From NCBI GenBank assembly GCA_038842485.1, contig JAWBSP010000008.1, positions 1 to 45,039 on the forward strand: a stretch of 45,039 nt of DNA, read 5' to 3'. Position numbers and translations under genes: made by a program. Origin of the DNA: Candidatus Hadarchaeales archaeon (GTDB taxonomy: Archaea > Hadarchaeota > Hadarchaeia > Hadarchaeales > JAWBSP01). The notes under the pieces are model-generated. The model searched no databases and was not told the origin of the DNA. It worked only from the letters and a program-made list of their open reading frames with translations. Within the stretch, counting starts at the first letter, position 1. The number at the start of each line of letters is the position of its first letter. Shown here one piece after another: positions 18,401 to 26,359 of this stretch.

Positions 18401-19289
18401 CCCCTCCCTTCAACTTTTAGAGCCCACCTCAAAGATCGTTGCGGAGGACTTCTTGTTGAAGGTAAAACTCAGCGACGATTTTGGTCTGAAGGAGAATGCC
18501 ACACGGTTGAAGGTAGACGGGATGGAAGAAGAGTTCTCACTGGAAAACGGGCTCCTGACCTCCCATCTGCAGGGACTCCCGGCCGGTGAGCACGAGCTTG
18601 AAATCCTGGCCGTGGATGTGGGAGGAAACGAAAACAGGCTCTCCCTTTCCGTTCAGGTGGAGCCCCAATTTGGGACCCAGCTGAGGGCTGAAAACTGCAG
18701 AGCTGGTGAACCCCTGCTCCTCAGGATTCTTTTGTATAATAGAACTGAAAATTCCCGCACCAGAAGGCTGCTCTTATTCTTTGGGGATCAGGTGAAAAAA
18801 CTCGAGGTCTCCCTCGGACCCAGAGAAGAGCGCTGCCTCGACATCCAGCTCAAAACGGAGGGGCTGGAGCCATCCACCTACACGATCAGGGTTTTGGACT
18901 TGGAAACCGGGAAAATCCTCGCGGCCACCTCTGTGCAACTGCGAGCTGGTTTCCCCTTTTACCTTCTCACCCCGATCGCTCTCGGGGTTGTGGCCGGAGT
19001 AGGCTTGAGACTCAGGAGAAAACCTGCCTTCATCCCCGCCATCGAAACCCCACCCGAGGAGTTCCCGCTACCCCTCCCACCCGCTCCGAGGGAGGAAGAC
19101 GAGTATACCCTCAGGGCGCTTCTGTTCAGGCCCGAAGTCAGGGTTTCCAAGGAGTGGTCGAGGCTGACCAAGAAGTACGGTGCCCAGCTATCCCCGCTGA
19201 TGGCCGAATACGCCAGACTGCTCAGGGGTCCACCCCCAAGTTTAATTTCAAGGTATGAGAAGATGGTGAAAGGGAGGCGAACAGATTGA
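15483..19289 (+). CDS. Large membrane-anchored surface protein with about 9 Fn3-like repeats and Ig-like domains
   Basis: Signal peptide MRKLAPLLVLLLLSPALPA. Repeated ~97-aa units P..L.PEN..F.W..Y.VQVD.DP.FSSP..YYWRVRA.D.AGN...WS...F..D. C-terminal TM FYLLTPIALGVVAGVGL-RLRRK, then a Pro-rich tail. Confidence 0.85.
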   Translation: MRKLAPLLVLLLLSPALPAPILIRPENSSTVQNPVELAWIPHENADNQRLKVDNDPDFSSPEVEVVLGPAENSYTLVLDCGIYWWGIWAAVGGTEIPPENTWWFRVSPGWNLLEEWSAPCLAPVPPPLPLSPENSSNTNDNTPTLSWTTTLPVDFFQLQVDDQPDFSVPEIDTQVSETFCEVPALPDNVYFWRVRGFRSGSCSEWSAVWEFRVDTIPPAEPSPLTPLEGETFTNSVPTFSWSPPRENSLPLTFLVVVDNDPDFSSPAIQSGWITGENWVPPALGQENYYWRVRARDNAGNEGNWSPTRGFTILDTIPPSPPTPVHPFENENLNDNTPLLSWHPPEENSLPLTYCVQVSPDRYEIFASAWTDSENWVCPELSDGSWYWRVCARDAAGNTGLFFPWTHFVIDTVPPSPPPLLAPEPWADIHGTIAKLEWGEGSDDRTGIHGYLVQISLDPSFSTPRAEIFLTGNALLHDFLELGEWFWRVGSVDWAGNTGWSENRGLACRGWRELETLSCMIESGGRWRLTEDLSCSLSGLAGVWTEVENLTAGWATIPGWMTLQQWRGGVLGFARWLEMEKQRGILFPPVPTPSPLLPENGSHVSRVVLRWENSKTADNFEIQTDIPSRFWRPFRFTYTTWFSTENWVELPSENLKEGPYLWRVRQWRSGACSPWSEVWCFTLDRSTLPPALLLPENGKNLKHTQVTFNWAEVQDVTPPLEYEVQVSQDPSFQSFVSSGWMSHRIWEHDTGGEGVYYWRVRSRDGLGNVSQPSVVRNFRIDLTPPPAPNLLSPPSGVWLTSSSVRLTWEMVEDNSRPVTYMVFIDDDPSFSSPNLALQASENFLAVTVPDGRWHWRVIAADNAGNLSTPSQGGFNVDATPPPVPTQISPSATLLTTGRINFSWGRVEDPNGVYYDFRIEGVLLRENLRENSYLLSPLEILTPGSYSWRVRARDGLGNTRGWSAPVSFEVRDIKPPSLQLLEPTSKIVAEDFLLKVKLSDDFGLKENATRLKVDGMEEEFSLENGLLTSHLQGLPAGEHELEILAVDVGGNENRLSLSVQVEPQFGTQLRAENCRAGEPLLLRILLYNRTENSRTRRLLLFFGDQVKKLEVSLGPREERCLDIQLKTEGLEPSTYTIRVLDLETGKILAATSVQLRAGFPFYLLTPIALGVVAGVGLRLRRKPAFIPAIETPPEEFPLPLPPAPREEDEYTLRALLFRPEVRVSKEWSRLTKKYGAQLSPLMAEYARLLRGPPPSLISRYEKMVKGRRTD

Positions 19290-20074
19290 TCCTGACCGTT
19301 CTCGGGGTGAAAGGGGGAGTGGGGAAGAGTACGGTTTCAATAGGGGTTGCCATCTGGATGTCCAAGAAGAAAAAGGTCCTCCTGCTGGACGGGGACCCGC
19401 GAGTGAGAAGCGTGGAGCTTAAGCTCAGGCCCAAGGGAAGAGGATCTCTCTTCGATATCCTTTCCGGGGAGCTGGAGTGGAAAGAGGCCGTGCATCCCTG
19501 CACAAAGGTGGGACTCCAGAACCTCTCGGTGATTCCGGCCGGCAGGATTTTTCTTCCCCCCAGTGAGGAGTGGGTAGAGAGGCTTAAGCTGGCCGCTCGC
19601 TCGCTCGACAAAATGCTCAAGCAGGCGAAAAAAGAGTTTGACCACCTAGTAATCGACACCCCCCCTTCCATTGGATATGAACACCTTCTCCTCACCGCGA
19701 TGGGGGAGAGAATCCTCTACGTCTGCGAGCCGAACGATGACTCCATACTCTCGACAAGAGCTGCTGCTCAGGACCTCGCCCGAGTCTGCGAGCTGGAACC
19801 AGCGGGAGTGGTCCTTTCAAAAGTGGTTGAAACCTCCGACCTGAAAACATGGCTGGGGAAAGCTAGGGAAATCGGACCTGTTCTTGGATGGATTCCCTTC
19901 GATGAAGCCGCGGAGAGAGCATTCAGGAGGAACCTTCCGGTAGTCCTAGATGCGCCCGAGAGTCCCTGCTCCAAAAGCCTGAGAAGGATTGCCGAGAGGC
20001 TTCTCCAGATGAAGGGAAAACCGGCCAGCGTGGAGCAGAGGCTGAACATGATGCTCGAGAGGCTGGGAACATGA
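19286..20074 (+). CDS. MinD/ParA-family ATPase
   Basis: Deviant Walker A KGGVGKST, LLDGD, VIDTPP, IPFD, PVVL..PES. The TTG start overlaps the upstream stop. Confidence 0.88.
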   Translation: MILTVLGVKGGVGKSTVSIGVAIWMSKKKKVLLLDGDPRVRSVELKLRPKGRGSLFDILSGELEWKEAVHPCTKVGLQNLSVIPAGRIFLPPSEEWVERLKLAARSLDKMLKQAKKEFDHLVIDTPPSIGYEHLLLTAMGERILYVCEPNDDSILSTRAAAQDLARVCELEPAGVVLSKVVETSDLKTWLGKAREIGPVLGWIPFDEAAERAFRRNLPVVLDAPESPCSKSLRRIAERLLQMKGKPASVEQRLNMMLERLGT

Positions 20075-20097
20075 GTCCTCAGGTGCGCGCTAAACGC

Positions 20098-21546
20098 CTA
20101 AACCCCCAAGGCCTCGCTCGGGAGAAGAACATCGTGCGGCCTTGTTTCCTGCGCCCCAAGCGGGGTTAGAAACTGGAACTTCGCCTTTTCCCAGAGCTCG
20201 CGAATGTTCCTAGCCCCAGCATAGCCCATCGCCGCCCTCAGACCGGCCGTGAGCTCCTGAACCAAGGTTGAAACCTCCCCCTTGTAGGGAACCCATCCCT
20301 CAACGCCCTCAGCAATCCCTTTGGCGGGCATGCTGTACCTGTCCAAGGCATGTCTCACCTGCATGGCCGAGGGGGAGCCCATTCCCCTGTACTGCTTGTA
20401 GTACCTTCCGCCGATAGCCATCAGCGTTCCGGGAGCCTCCCTGCACCTAGCAAAGAGATTTCCCATCATGACTGCCGAGGCCCCGGCCGCTAGAGCAATG
20501 GCGATGTCTCCCGCATTCCTTATGCCCCCGTCCGCGATAATGGGCAGATCAAGCCCGTGTTCTCTCAGGGTGTCGGCGGCCCTGCAGGTGGCGGAGAGGG
20601 TAGGAGATCCTGCACCGAGTACATCGGAGGTCACACATATAGAACCGGAGCCAATCCCCACCCTGAGACCGGCAATCCCTTCGATGGAGATGGCTGCCTC
20701 CACCCCCTCCGAGGTTCCTAGGTTCCCCACCACCACATCAGCCTGAACTTCCTTGACGAGTCTCTTGGTGGCTTCTATCACGTTGCGGTTGTGGAAGTGC
20801 GCCACATCAGTCACCAAAATGTTGACGTAGGGGTCGAGCTTCTTCGCTCGCTCCAAATCAAAGGGTGAGACTGCCGCCGCGCAGAGGAGCTGCCCCTTTT
20901 CATCCCTCGCCGCGTTGGGGAACTTCCCCTTCAGAGAAATGTCCTTGAAGGTGATGAGTCCCCTAAGTTTACCGTTTTCATCAACCAGGGGTAGCTTCTC
21001 TATCCGATGGGTATGGAGAATCTGAACCGCCTCCTCAATGCTGATGCCCTCCCTCGCTGTCACCACCTCTTTCGTCATCACCTCACCCACCTTCTGTGAG
21101 TCCTTAGCGAACCTTACATCCCTGCCGGTGAGAATTCCCACCAACTTCTCCCCCTCGACCACGGGCAGACCGGAAATGTTGTGGGTCTTCATGAGCCTGA
21201 GTGCCTCGCCCACGGTGGCTCCCGGCTCGATGGTCACGACCTCACGGATGACCGTGGCCTCGGCCCGCTTCACCTTCTTTGCCATCTCCACCTGCTTTTC
21301 AACAGGACAGTTGCGGTGCAGAACCCCTAACCCACCCTCCCTAGCGAGGGCGATTGCCATCTCACTCTCGGTGACCGTGTCCATGGGCGAGGAGACAAAC
21401 GGAACGTTCAGCCGGTAGTTCTTACTCACCTTGGTCCTTACATCAATCTCACTTGGCTCAACCTCGCAGAACCCCGGCAAGAGAATGACATCCTGAAAGG
21501 TGGGGGCCACACCTGCCTCCCTGAACTTTTCCGTGAAAAATCCCAT
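20098..21546 (-). CDS. guaB: IMP dehydrogenase with CBS pair
   Basis: SSPMDTVTE, VGIGSGSICVT (catalytic Cys), IADGG, YRGMGS, EGVEG. Confidence 0.95.
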   Translation of the reverse strand: MGFFTEKFREAGVAPTFQDVILLPGFCEVEPSEIDVRTKVSKNYRLNVPFVSSPMDTVTESEMAIALAREGGLGVLHRNCPVEKQVEMAKKVKRAEATVIREVVTIEPGATVGEALRLMKTHNISGLPVVEGEKLVGILTGRDVRFAKDSQKVGEVMTKEVVTAREGISIEEAVQILHTHRIEKLPLVDENGKLRGLITFKDISLKGKFPNAARDEKGQLLCAAAVSPFDLERAKKLDPYVNILVTDVAHFHNRNVIEATKRLVKEVQADVVVGNLGTSEGVEAAISIEGIAGLRVGIGSGSICVTSDVLGAGSPTLSATCRAADTLREHGLDLPIIADGGIRNAGDIAIALAAGASAVMMGNLFARCREAPGTLMAIGGRYYKQYRGMGSPSAMQVRHALDRYSMPAKGIAEGVEGWVPYKGEVSTLVQELTAGLRAAMGYAGARNIRELWEKAKFQFLTPLGAQETRPHDVLLPSEALGV

Positions 21547-21726
21547 CTATTCCCCCTTTTTTCTCTTATATTCCGTATACCCGCACTTCCCGCAGGAAAA
21601 CCTGTCTTCGTGCTCGGCCATGAAAACACCTATCCCGCAGCGAGGACAGAAGGGTCGGAGGTGTATAACCCTCTTTTCCTCGATCCTGTAAAGCTTCGAG
21701 ACCCTTCCCCCCTCTTTCTCCTTCAT
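21547..21726 (-). CDS. rps27ae: 30S ribosomal protein S27ae (59 aa)
   Basis: Manually translated: MKEKEGGRVSKLYRIEEKRVIHLRPFCPRCGIGVFMAEHEDRFSCGKCGYTEYKRKKGE. Not in the ORF track. Confidence 0.93.
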   Translation of the reverse strand: MKEKEGGRVSKLYRIEEKRVIHLRPFCPRCGIGVFMAEHEDRFSCGKCGYTEYKRKKGE

Positions 21727-22058
21727 TTCTCCTCCCCGGCTTTTGCGGGAGGTTTCCCTTCCTCCTTCTTCTCTTCCTTCTTCTTTTTTCCTCTCTCCAG
21801 CAGATGCCGCGGTTCAGTCGACACTAGTCTTTCCATGGTCTTGTAGAGGTGAGCTAACCCTGAAGAGTAGTTTCTGCCGTGAAGGGTAGAAATCCTTCTT
21901 ATAACCACGAGGTTTGGATCTACCCCCAGCTTCTTCGACAGAAGGTCCAAAACCTCCACCCTTCTAGGGGTGGGTGCCCCGGCGTGGGAAACTCTGAATT
22001 CCACCTCCCTCCGCTCCAGCAAAGGATTCTCCCTCTCCTTCACTATCTCCAGTTCCAT
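21723..22058 (-). CDS. rps24e: 30S ribosomal protein S24e
   Basis: ERENPLLERREV.F...H...PTPRR..V, EPRHLLER. Confidence 0.93.
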   Translation of the reverse strand: MELEIVKERENPLLERREVEFRVSHAGAPTPRRVEVLDLLSKKLGVDPNLVVIRRISTLHGRNYSSGLAHLYKTMERLVSTEPRHLLERGKKKKEEKKEEGKPPAKAGEEK

Positions 22059-22543
22059 CAGAGGAATTTCTCAAACAATCCCAAAAACTCCTTCCTTTTC
22101 TGCTCGGTCACTTCCACTGCCACCACTCCCTCGCCCGGCTGGCCGTACAGGATCAGCGTTCCAGTGGGCAGGAGGAAACCGCAGGCCAAGGCCGCCAAAT
22201 CTTCCTCCCCATCCACCTCCACCCGCAGAGGCCTCTCCAGTTTCAGAGCCTCCAAGAGCTCTTGGGTAATGGTTCCGGGGGGATTTCTAACCCTCACCGT
22301 TGGAACCCTGAACCCTAGCAGGGACTTCATCTCCTCCCCTATGGGTTGCCGCATCACCCGATGATCCACAACAGAAAGGTCGGGCTTGATTCCCCTCTTT
22401 ATTAGCTCCGCTGTAACCACATCCCCTACCGAGGCAAGCACCTTGTGGTTGGGGAAAGCAGCTAGGGCCTCATCCACTCCTCGGAAGAGAGGACCGAGCG
22501 GGCGTTTCAGCACCGGTCTAAGTTCCTCTGGTAATCTCCTCAT
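22058..22543 (-). CDS. GTP-dependent dephospho-CoA kinase (DUF359)
   Basis: LKRPLG, SVGDVVT, NPPGTIT, VDGEEDL, YGQPGEG; canonical position upstream of rps24e. Confidence 0.9.
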   Translation of the reverse strand: MRRLPEELRPVLKRPLGPLFRGVDEALAAFPNHKVLASVGDVVTAELIKRGIKPDLSVVDHRVMRQPIGEEMKSLLGFRVPTVRVRNPPGTITQELLEALKLERPLRVEVDGEEDLAALACGFLLPTGTLILYGQPGEGVVAVEVTEQKRKEFLGLFEKFL

Positions 22544-23340
22544 CTTTGATTTTTGAGAAACTGAATGGTCTCGATGGCTGCCGTCTGCGGATCCGGTTGC
22601 GGAAGAATCTCAGCGGAAATGAATCCACCGAATTTTATAGAACGTAACGCCGAAAATACCTCAGCAAAGTTCAGGTGCCCCCTTCCTGGTGCGAGCCGGT
22701 TGCTGTCGGCAAGGTGGAGGTGAGCAAGCTTCTCCCCCGCTTCGGAGATAGCTGAACCGATGGAAACCTCTTCAAGGTTCATGTGGAAGGTGTCCGCCAG
22801 AATCTTGAGAAGGGGTGAGGAGGCGGCAAACATCAGTGCCTGCTCCACCGTGTTGATGAGGTTGGTTTCATACCGGTTTAGGGGCTCAAGCAAAAGGGTC
22901 ACGGATCGACTCTCCGCAAACGCGAGACAATCCTCCAAGCACTGTCTGAGATACTGTAAGCCCTCATGCTTTCGCTCGCACCTGCCCCTTACCGATCCGA
23001 CGATGACGGGGGCCTCGAGCTTTGAGGCCAACAGGATGTGCTCCTTGAACTTTTTCACTGCCTCCTCCCTCACTCGCGCATCGGGGGAGCTGAAACTCAG
23101 ACCGAGCTTGGTGTAGAGGGCACCCGTTCCCACGGCCGAAACCTCCAAGCCCCACTCCTTTCTCTTCCGGTTAAGCCAGTCCGCCCGGACCGAGAGCGGA
23201 TCAAGCAGGAAGAGCTCGAATCCATCGTATCCCAGCTTGGAGAGAAACTTCAGGTTGCGTTCAAGATCCCCCGAAAGACCGAGAGGTTCTAATCCCTCCT
23301 CGAAGGCCAGAACAATAGAGGTACGCAAACCTTCACCCAA
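22540..23340 (-). CDS. Sugar phosphate isomerase/epimerase TIM barrel (IolO / ketose 3-epimerase-like)
   Basis: GYDGFEL, EPLNRYET, DTFHMNLEE, HLHLADSNRLAPG.GH, SAE. Confidence 0.88.
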   Translation of the reverse strand: MGEGLRTSIVLAFEEGLEPLGLSGDLERNLKFLSKLGYDGFELFLLDPLSVRADWLNRKRKEWGLEVSAVGTGALYTKLGLSFSSPDARVREEAVKKFKEHILLASKLEAPVIVGSVRGRCERKHEGLQYLRQCLEDCLAFAESRSVTLLLEPLNRYETNLINTVEQALMFAASSPLLKILADTFHMNLEEVSIGSAISEAGEKLAHLHLADSNRLAPGRGHLNFAEVFSALRSIKFGGFISAEILPQPDPQTAAIETIQFLKNQR

Positions 23341-25417
23341 TCCGCTGTAAAACCTTCCGTTTCAGGCCTTCGTAGGCCCCCAAGAACTCCTTCCTAGTCT
23401 TCTGCACCGCGCCGAAAGATGGCCACTCCTCAGGGCGCATGCCACCATCGCCCAAATCAGCCTCCACCCCTGCTTCCCGAAGCACTTGATTCAGTTCGGG
23501 TGTCAGCTCCAGCACCTTTCTGCATTCCCCTGCCACTTCATAAGCACAGAGCCTCTGGAGTACTTCCCCTGCAACCTCCCAGCTCATGGACTCTCTGAGC
23601 CTCATGGGATCGAAACCTGGGGAGAGACTCTCCTGAAAAACCAAGGCTTGGAAGTTCGGGAACTCGGTGTTGGTCAGATTGGAGGCCGAGAGCGTAAGCA
23701 GGGTCTCCCGTGGCTTCCGCTTGGACGCTGGAAGCATGTCTATCCCCGAGATGACCTCCTCCGCTTGAGCCTCCGTTAGCCCATACTTCCTTTCCAGCCA
23801 AGCGACCCACTTCTTCCGGTTCTCTGGACTGAAGAATATCTTGTGTACCCTCTTGGTGACGATGATGCCCGCATACGTCAGGTCATCCTCTATCACCCTC
23901 AGTTTCTGCTCCACCTCCTCGGGAGTTTTTCCCAGAATTCCTGCCTTCGCCAAAAACTTTGCGAAGGGTTCCTTGTGGATGGGGCTGAGGTTCTTGCGAT
24001 CACAGACTAGCTTTATGTTGCTCTCGAAATCCCCTCCCGCCTCAATCTTCATCTCCCTGAGGAGTTCCCCCAGGGCCTCCCTTCCCAGCACCTCCAACGC
24101 CCTTCTCAGCAGGACCTCCGCCTCCACTTCCCTGAGGTGATCATCCAAGCGTCCAATCATGGTGGTCTCATAACAGGTGGTGAGCCTTATCCCCTTTTTG
24201 ACCGCTCTCGCCCTTCCCTCCATCTTGGCTAGGATGAGATGAGTTTCCTGGGAGACGCTATAGGTTTCCGTATTGTTGGTTCCTATACCTAAGCTCTCCA
24301 GCTCGGAAGTGATTTGAATGGAGGCCGGACCGCAACCCGCCACTTTAAAGACTAGATTAGGCCTTCCCCGCTCCAGCGCCGGGGAGTAACCCCAGAGGAG
24401 GTAGTCGTCATACTTGAGCAGAAAGTCTGAGGCATCTGAGTAAATCCTAAGCGCGTCCCTGAGGCTGGCCTCCAGACTGTCGGCAACATGCGGATTCAGC
24501 TGGTAACTGACAAGCCCGTGCTGATACCCTGACGCAAGGAAGATTGGTCTGAAAACGGCTAGGTTGGGGAAGATGGAGACCTCCGTCGCCAGCATGGTCA
24601 GTTCCTCCGGGTTGGTCTTCCCCAGCGACAGCTGCTTGAAATCCGCGCAGAAGCTCTCTCCAGCGAAGCCCTCCCACAGGGACGGGTCATCCTCGTAGGC
24701 GCACGCCGCCAGTACGGGATTGGTGGAAACCTGAACAAACCCCAGATGCCGCAACCACCTGAGTCCCAGAGCGTAGTCGTTCCCGAACTTTCCCAAGCCC
24801 GAGATGCTGAGCCTGTAATAGAGGTTCGATTGGAATTCCTCCCTCCAAACCTCTAGAAACCTCACCAAATCCAATCGATCACCCATTTTTTCCTGAATCC
24901 GCGCGGCCATCTTCGAAAGCATGGAACCCGGAGGACGATAGTAAACAGACATGGGCCTCTTCATGTCCGAGAGGAGGTGATCCAACGTTACCCCTGAAAC
25001 GGGCAGGCTGGAGTCAACTTTGCCCTCCCACTCCTGCCAGCTGGAGAGGGCTTCTTTAATCAGCTTTACCGAGCTCAGGACCTCCTCCTCTGAAAACCCC
25101 ACCCACTTGCGCTCGACACCCAACAGACTGAAGCTGAGCTGGAGCAGATATTCATAAGCCCTGAACCACTCCAAGATTCCCTTTTCGTCCCAGTAACAGG
25201 AGGCCCTCCTCACGGAGAGATTCAGCTTCCGAATGGTCTGGCCTACCACCGTTTCCAGCGAGCCCCGCATCTCTGGGTGCAGGAGGTGATCCGCCGCCAA
25301 GTTGACATGCCCAGCCAGCGTGAGCTTGTGGACTAAATCCTCATGGCTGGATGCTTTGGCTGGGAGAGGGAGCTGAGCAGGCTTGGAAGACAGGAGCTGA
25401 GAGAACTCTTTCTGCAT
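23333..25417 (-). CDS. Extended transaldolase/FSA-family class I aldolase (694 aa)
   Basis: GND, VSTNPVL, VSYQLNP, NLVFKVAG (Schiff-base Lys), GIGTNNT, MIGRLDD; ~200-aa N-terminal extension. Confidence 0.75.
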   Translation of the reverse strand: MQKEFSQLLSSKPAQLPLPAKASSHEDLVHKLTLAGHVNLAADHLLHPEMRGSLETVVGQTIRKLNLSVRRASCYWDEKGILEWFRAYEYLLQLSFSLLGVERKWVGFSEEEVLSSVKLIKEALSSWQEWEGKVDSSLPVSGVTLDHLLSDMKRPMSVYYRPPGSMLSKMAARIQEKMGDRLDLVRFLEVWREEFQSNLYYRLSISGLGKFGNDYALGLRWLRHLGFVQVSTNPVLAACAYEDDPSLWEGFAGESFCADFKQLSLGKTNPEELTMLATEVSIFPNLAVFRPIFLASGYQHGLVSYQLNPHVADSLEASLRDALRIYSDASDFLLKYDDYLLWGYSPALERGRPNLVFKVAGCGPASIQITSELESLGIGTNNTETYSVSQETHLILAKMEGRARAVKKGIRLTTCYETTMIGRLDDHLREVEAEVLLRRALEVLGREALGELLREMKIEAGGDFESNIKLVCDRKNLSPIHKEPFAKFLAKAGILGKTPEEVEQKLRVIEDDLTYAGIIVTKRVHKIFFSPENRKKWVAWLERKYGLTEAQAEEVISGIDMLPASKRKPRETLLTLSASNLTNTEFPNFQALVFQESLSPGFDPMRLRESMSWEVAGEVLQRLCAYEVAGECRKVLELTPELNQVLREAGVEADLGDGGMRPEEWPSFGAVQKTRKEFLGAYEGLKRKVLQRIG

Positions 25418-25450
25418 TAATTCTAAATTGTCCTAGGTTTAAACCACAAA
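25418..25450. promoter_or_regulatory. 33-bp divergent, probably leaderless, promoter pair
   Basis: Palindrome GGTTTAAACC (25436-25445) lies ~21-26 nt upstream of the aldolase ATG. TTCTAAAT (25421-25428) is similarly placed for the + strand gene. Confidence 0.45.
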
Positions 25451-26359
25451 ATGTACATTCATCGCTATGCAAAGGTTGGGCTGGTGCATTTCATGGCCTT
25501 CCCCCAGACGATGAAGGGCGAGGGGCCGATCGTTGAGACCCTTGAGGAGATCGCTGAGGATCCCTTCTTCAATTTGGTGGAGGTCGGATGGATGAAAAAT
25601 CCTGAAGTGAGGAAAAAAGCGCGAGAGATTTTGGAGACTTCCAACCTAGAGGTGGGCTACGGGGCGCAGCCCAAACTTCTCCTTCAGAGGCTGGATCTGA
25701 ACTCCACTGAGGAGAGGGAGAGAAAGAATGCCATCCAGGCCCTGAAGGAAAGCGTGGATGAAGCCCTAGAGCTGGGAGCTAGGAGGCTAGCCTTCTTGAG
25801 TGGGAAAGACCCTGGACCCGAGGGGAGAGAGAAGGCAAGAGAGCTGCTGGTGGATTCCATCCAGCAGGTCTGTGATTATGCCTCCTCCCGCGACAGCAAG
25901 TTTAAAGTGGTTCTGGAGATTTTCGATCGGGAAGTAGACAAGCGCTGCCTGATAGGCCCCTCCAAGGAAGCTAGAGAGGTGGCGAAGGCGGTGAACAGAC
26001 AGAACTTCGGTCTGATGCATGACCTTTCCCATCTCCCCTTGCTACGCGAGAAACCGCTCGACGCCCTGAAGGAGGTGAAGGAATTCCTGATCCATGCACA
26101 CGTTGGTAACTGTTGCCTCAAGCAAGGCAGCGAGTTTTACGGCGACCAGCACCCCCGCTTCGGGGTTGAAGGCGGGTGCAACGGGGTGGAGGAGGTCACA
26201 GAATTCTTGGTGGCCCTCAGAAAAATCGGGTACCTAGATGGTAAAAGCGCTAAACCCCTCACCATTGAGGTAAAACCAGGAAAAGCGGAGTCCAGTGGTC
26301 TTGTGATTGCCAACGCCAAAAGAGTTCTGCTAGAAGCTTGGGGGAGAGCGTTCGCATGA
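25451..26359 (+). CDS. Xylose-isomerase-like TIM barrel protein (uncharacterised sugar isomerase/epimerase)
   Basis: VLEIFD, GLMHDLSH, HAHVGN, GDQHPRFG, TIEVKP metal-site pattern. Confidence 0.8.
   Translation: MYIHRYAKVGLVHFMAFPQTMKGEGPIVETLEEIAEDPFFNLVEVGWMKNPEVRKKAREILETSNLEVGYGAQPKLLLQRLDLNSTEERERKNAIQALKESVDEALELGARRLAFLSGKDPGPEGREKARELLVDSIQQVCDYASSRDSKFKVVLEIFDREVDKRCLIGPSKEAREVAKAVNRQNFGLMHDLSHLPLLREKPLDALKEVKEFLIHAHVGNCCLKQGSEFYGDQHPRFGVEGGCNGVEEVTEFLVALRKIGYLDGKSAKPLTIEVKPGKAESSGLVIANAKRVLLEAWGRAFA

Noticed and set aside
15483-19289. DNA-level repeats as a CRISPR array or mobile repeat
   Set aside because: They are degenerate, in-frame protein domain repeats with no constant repeat-spacer period.
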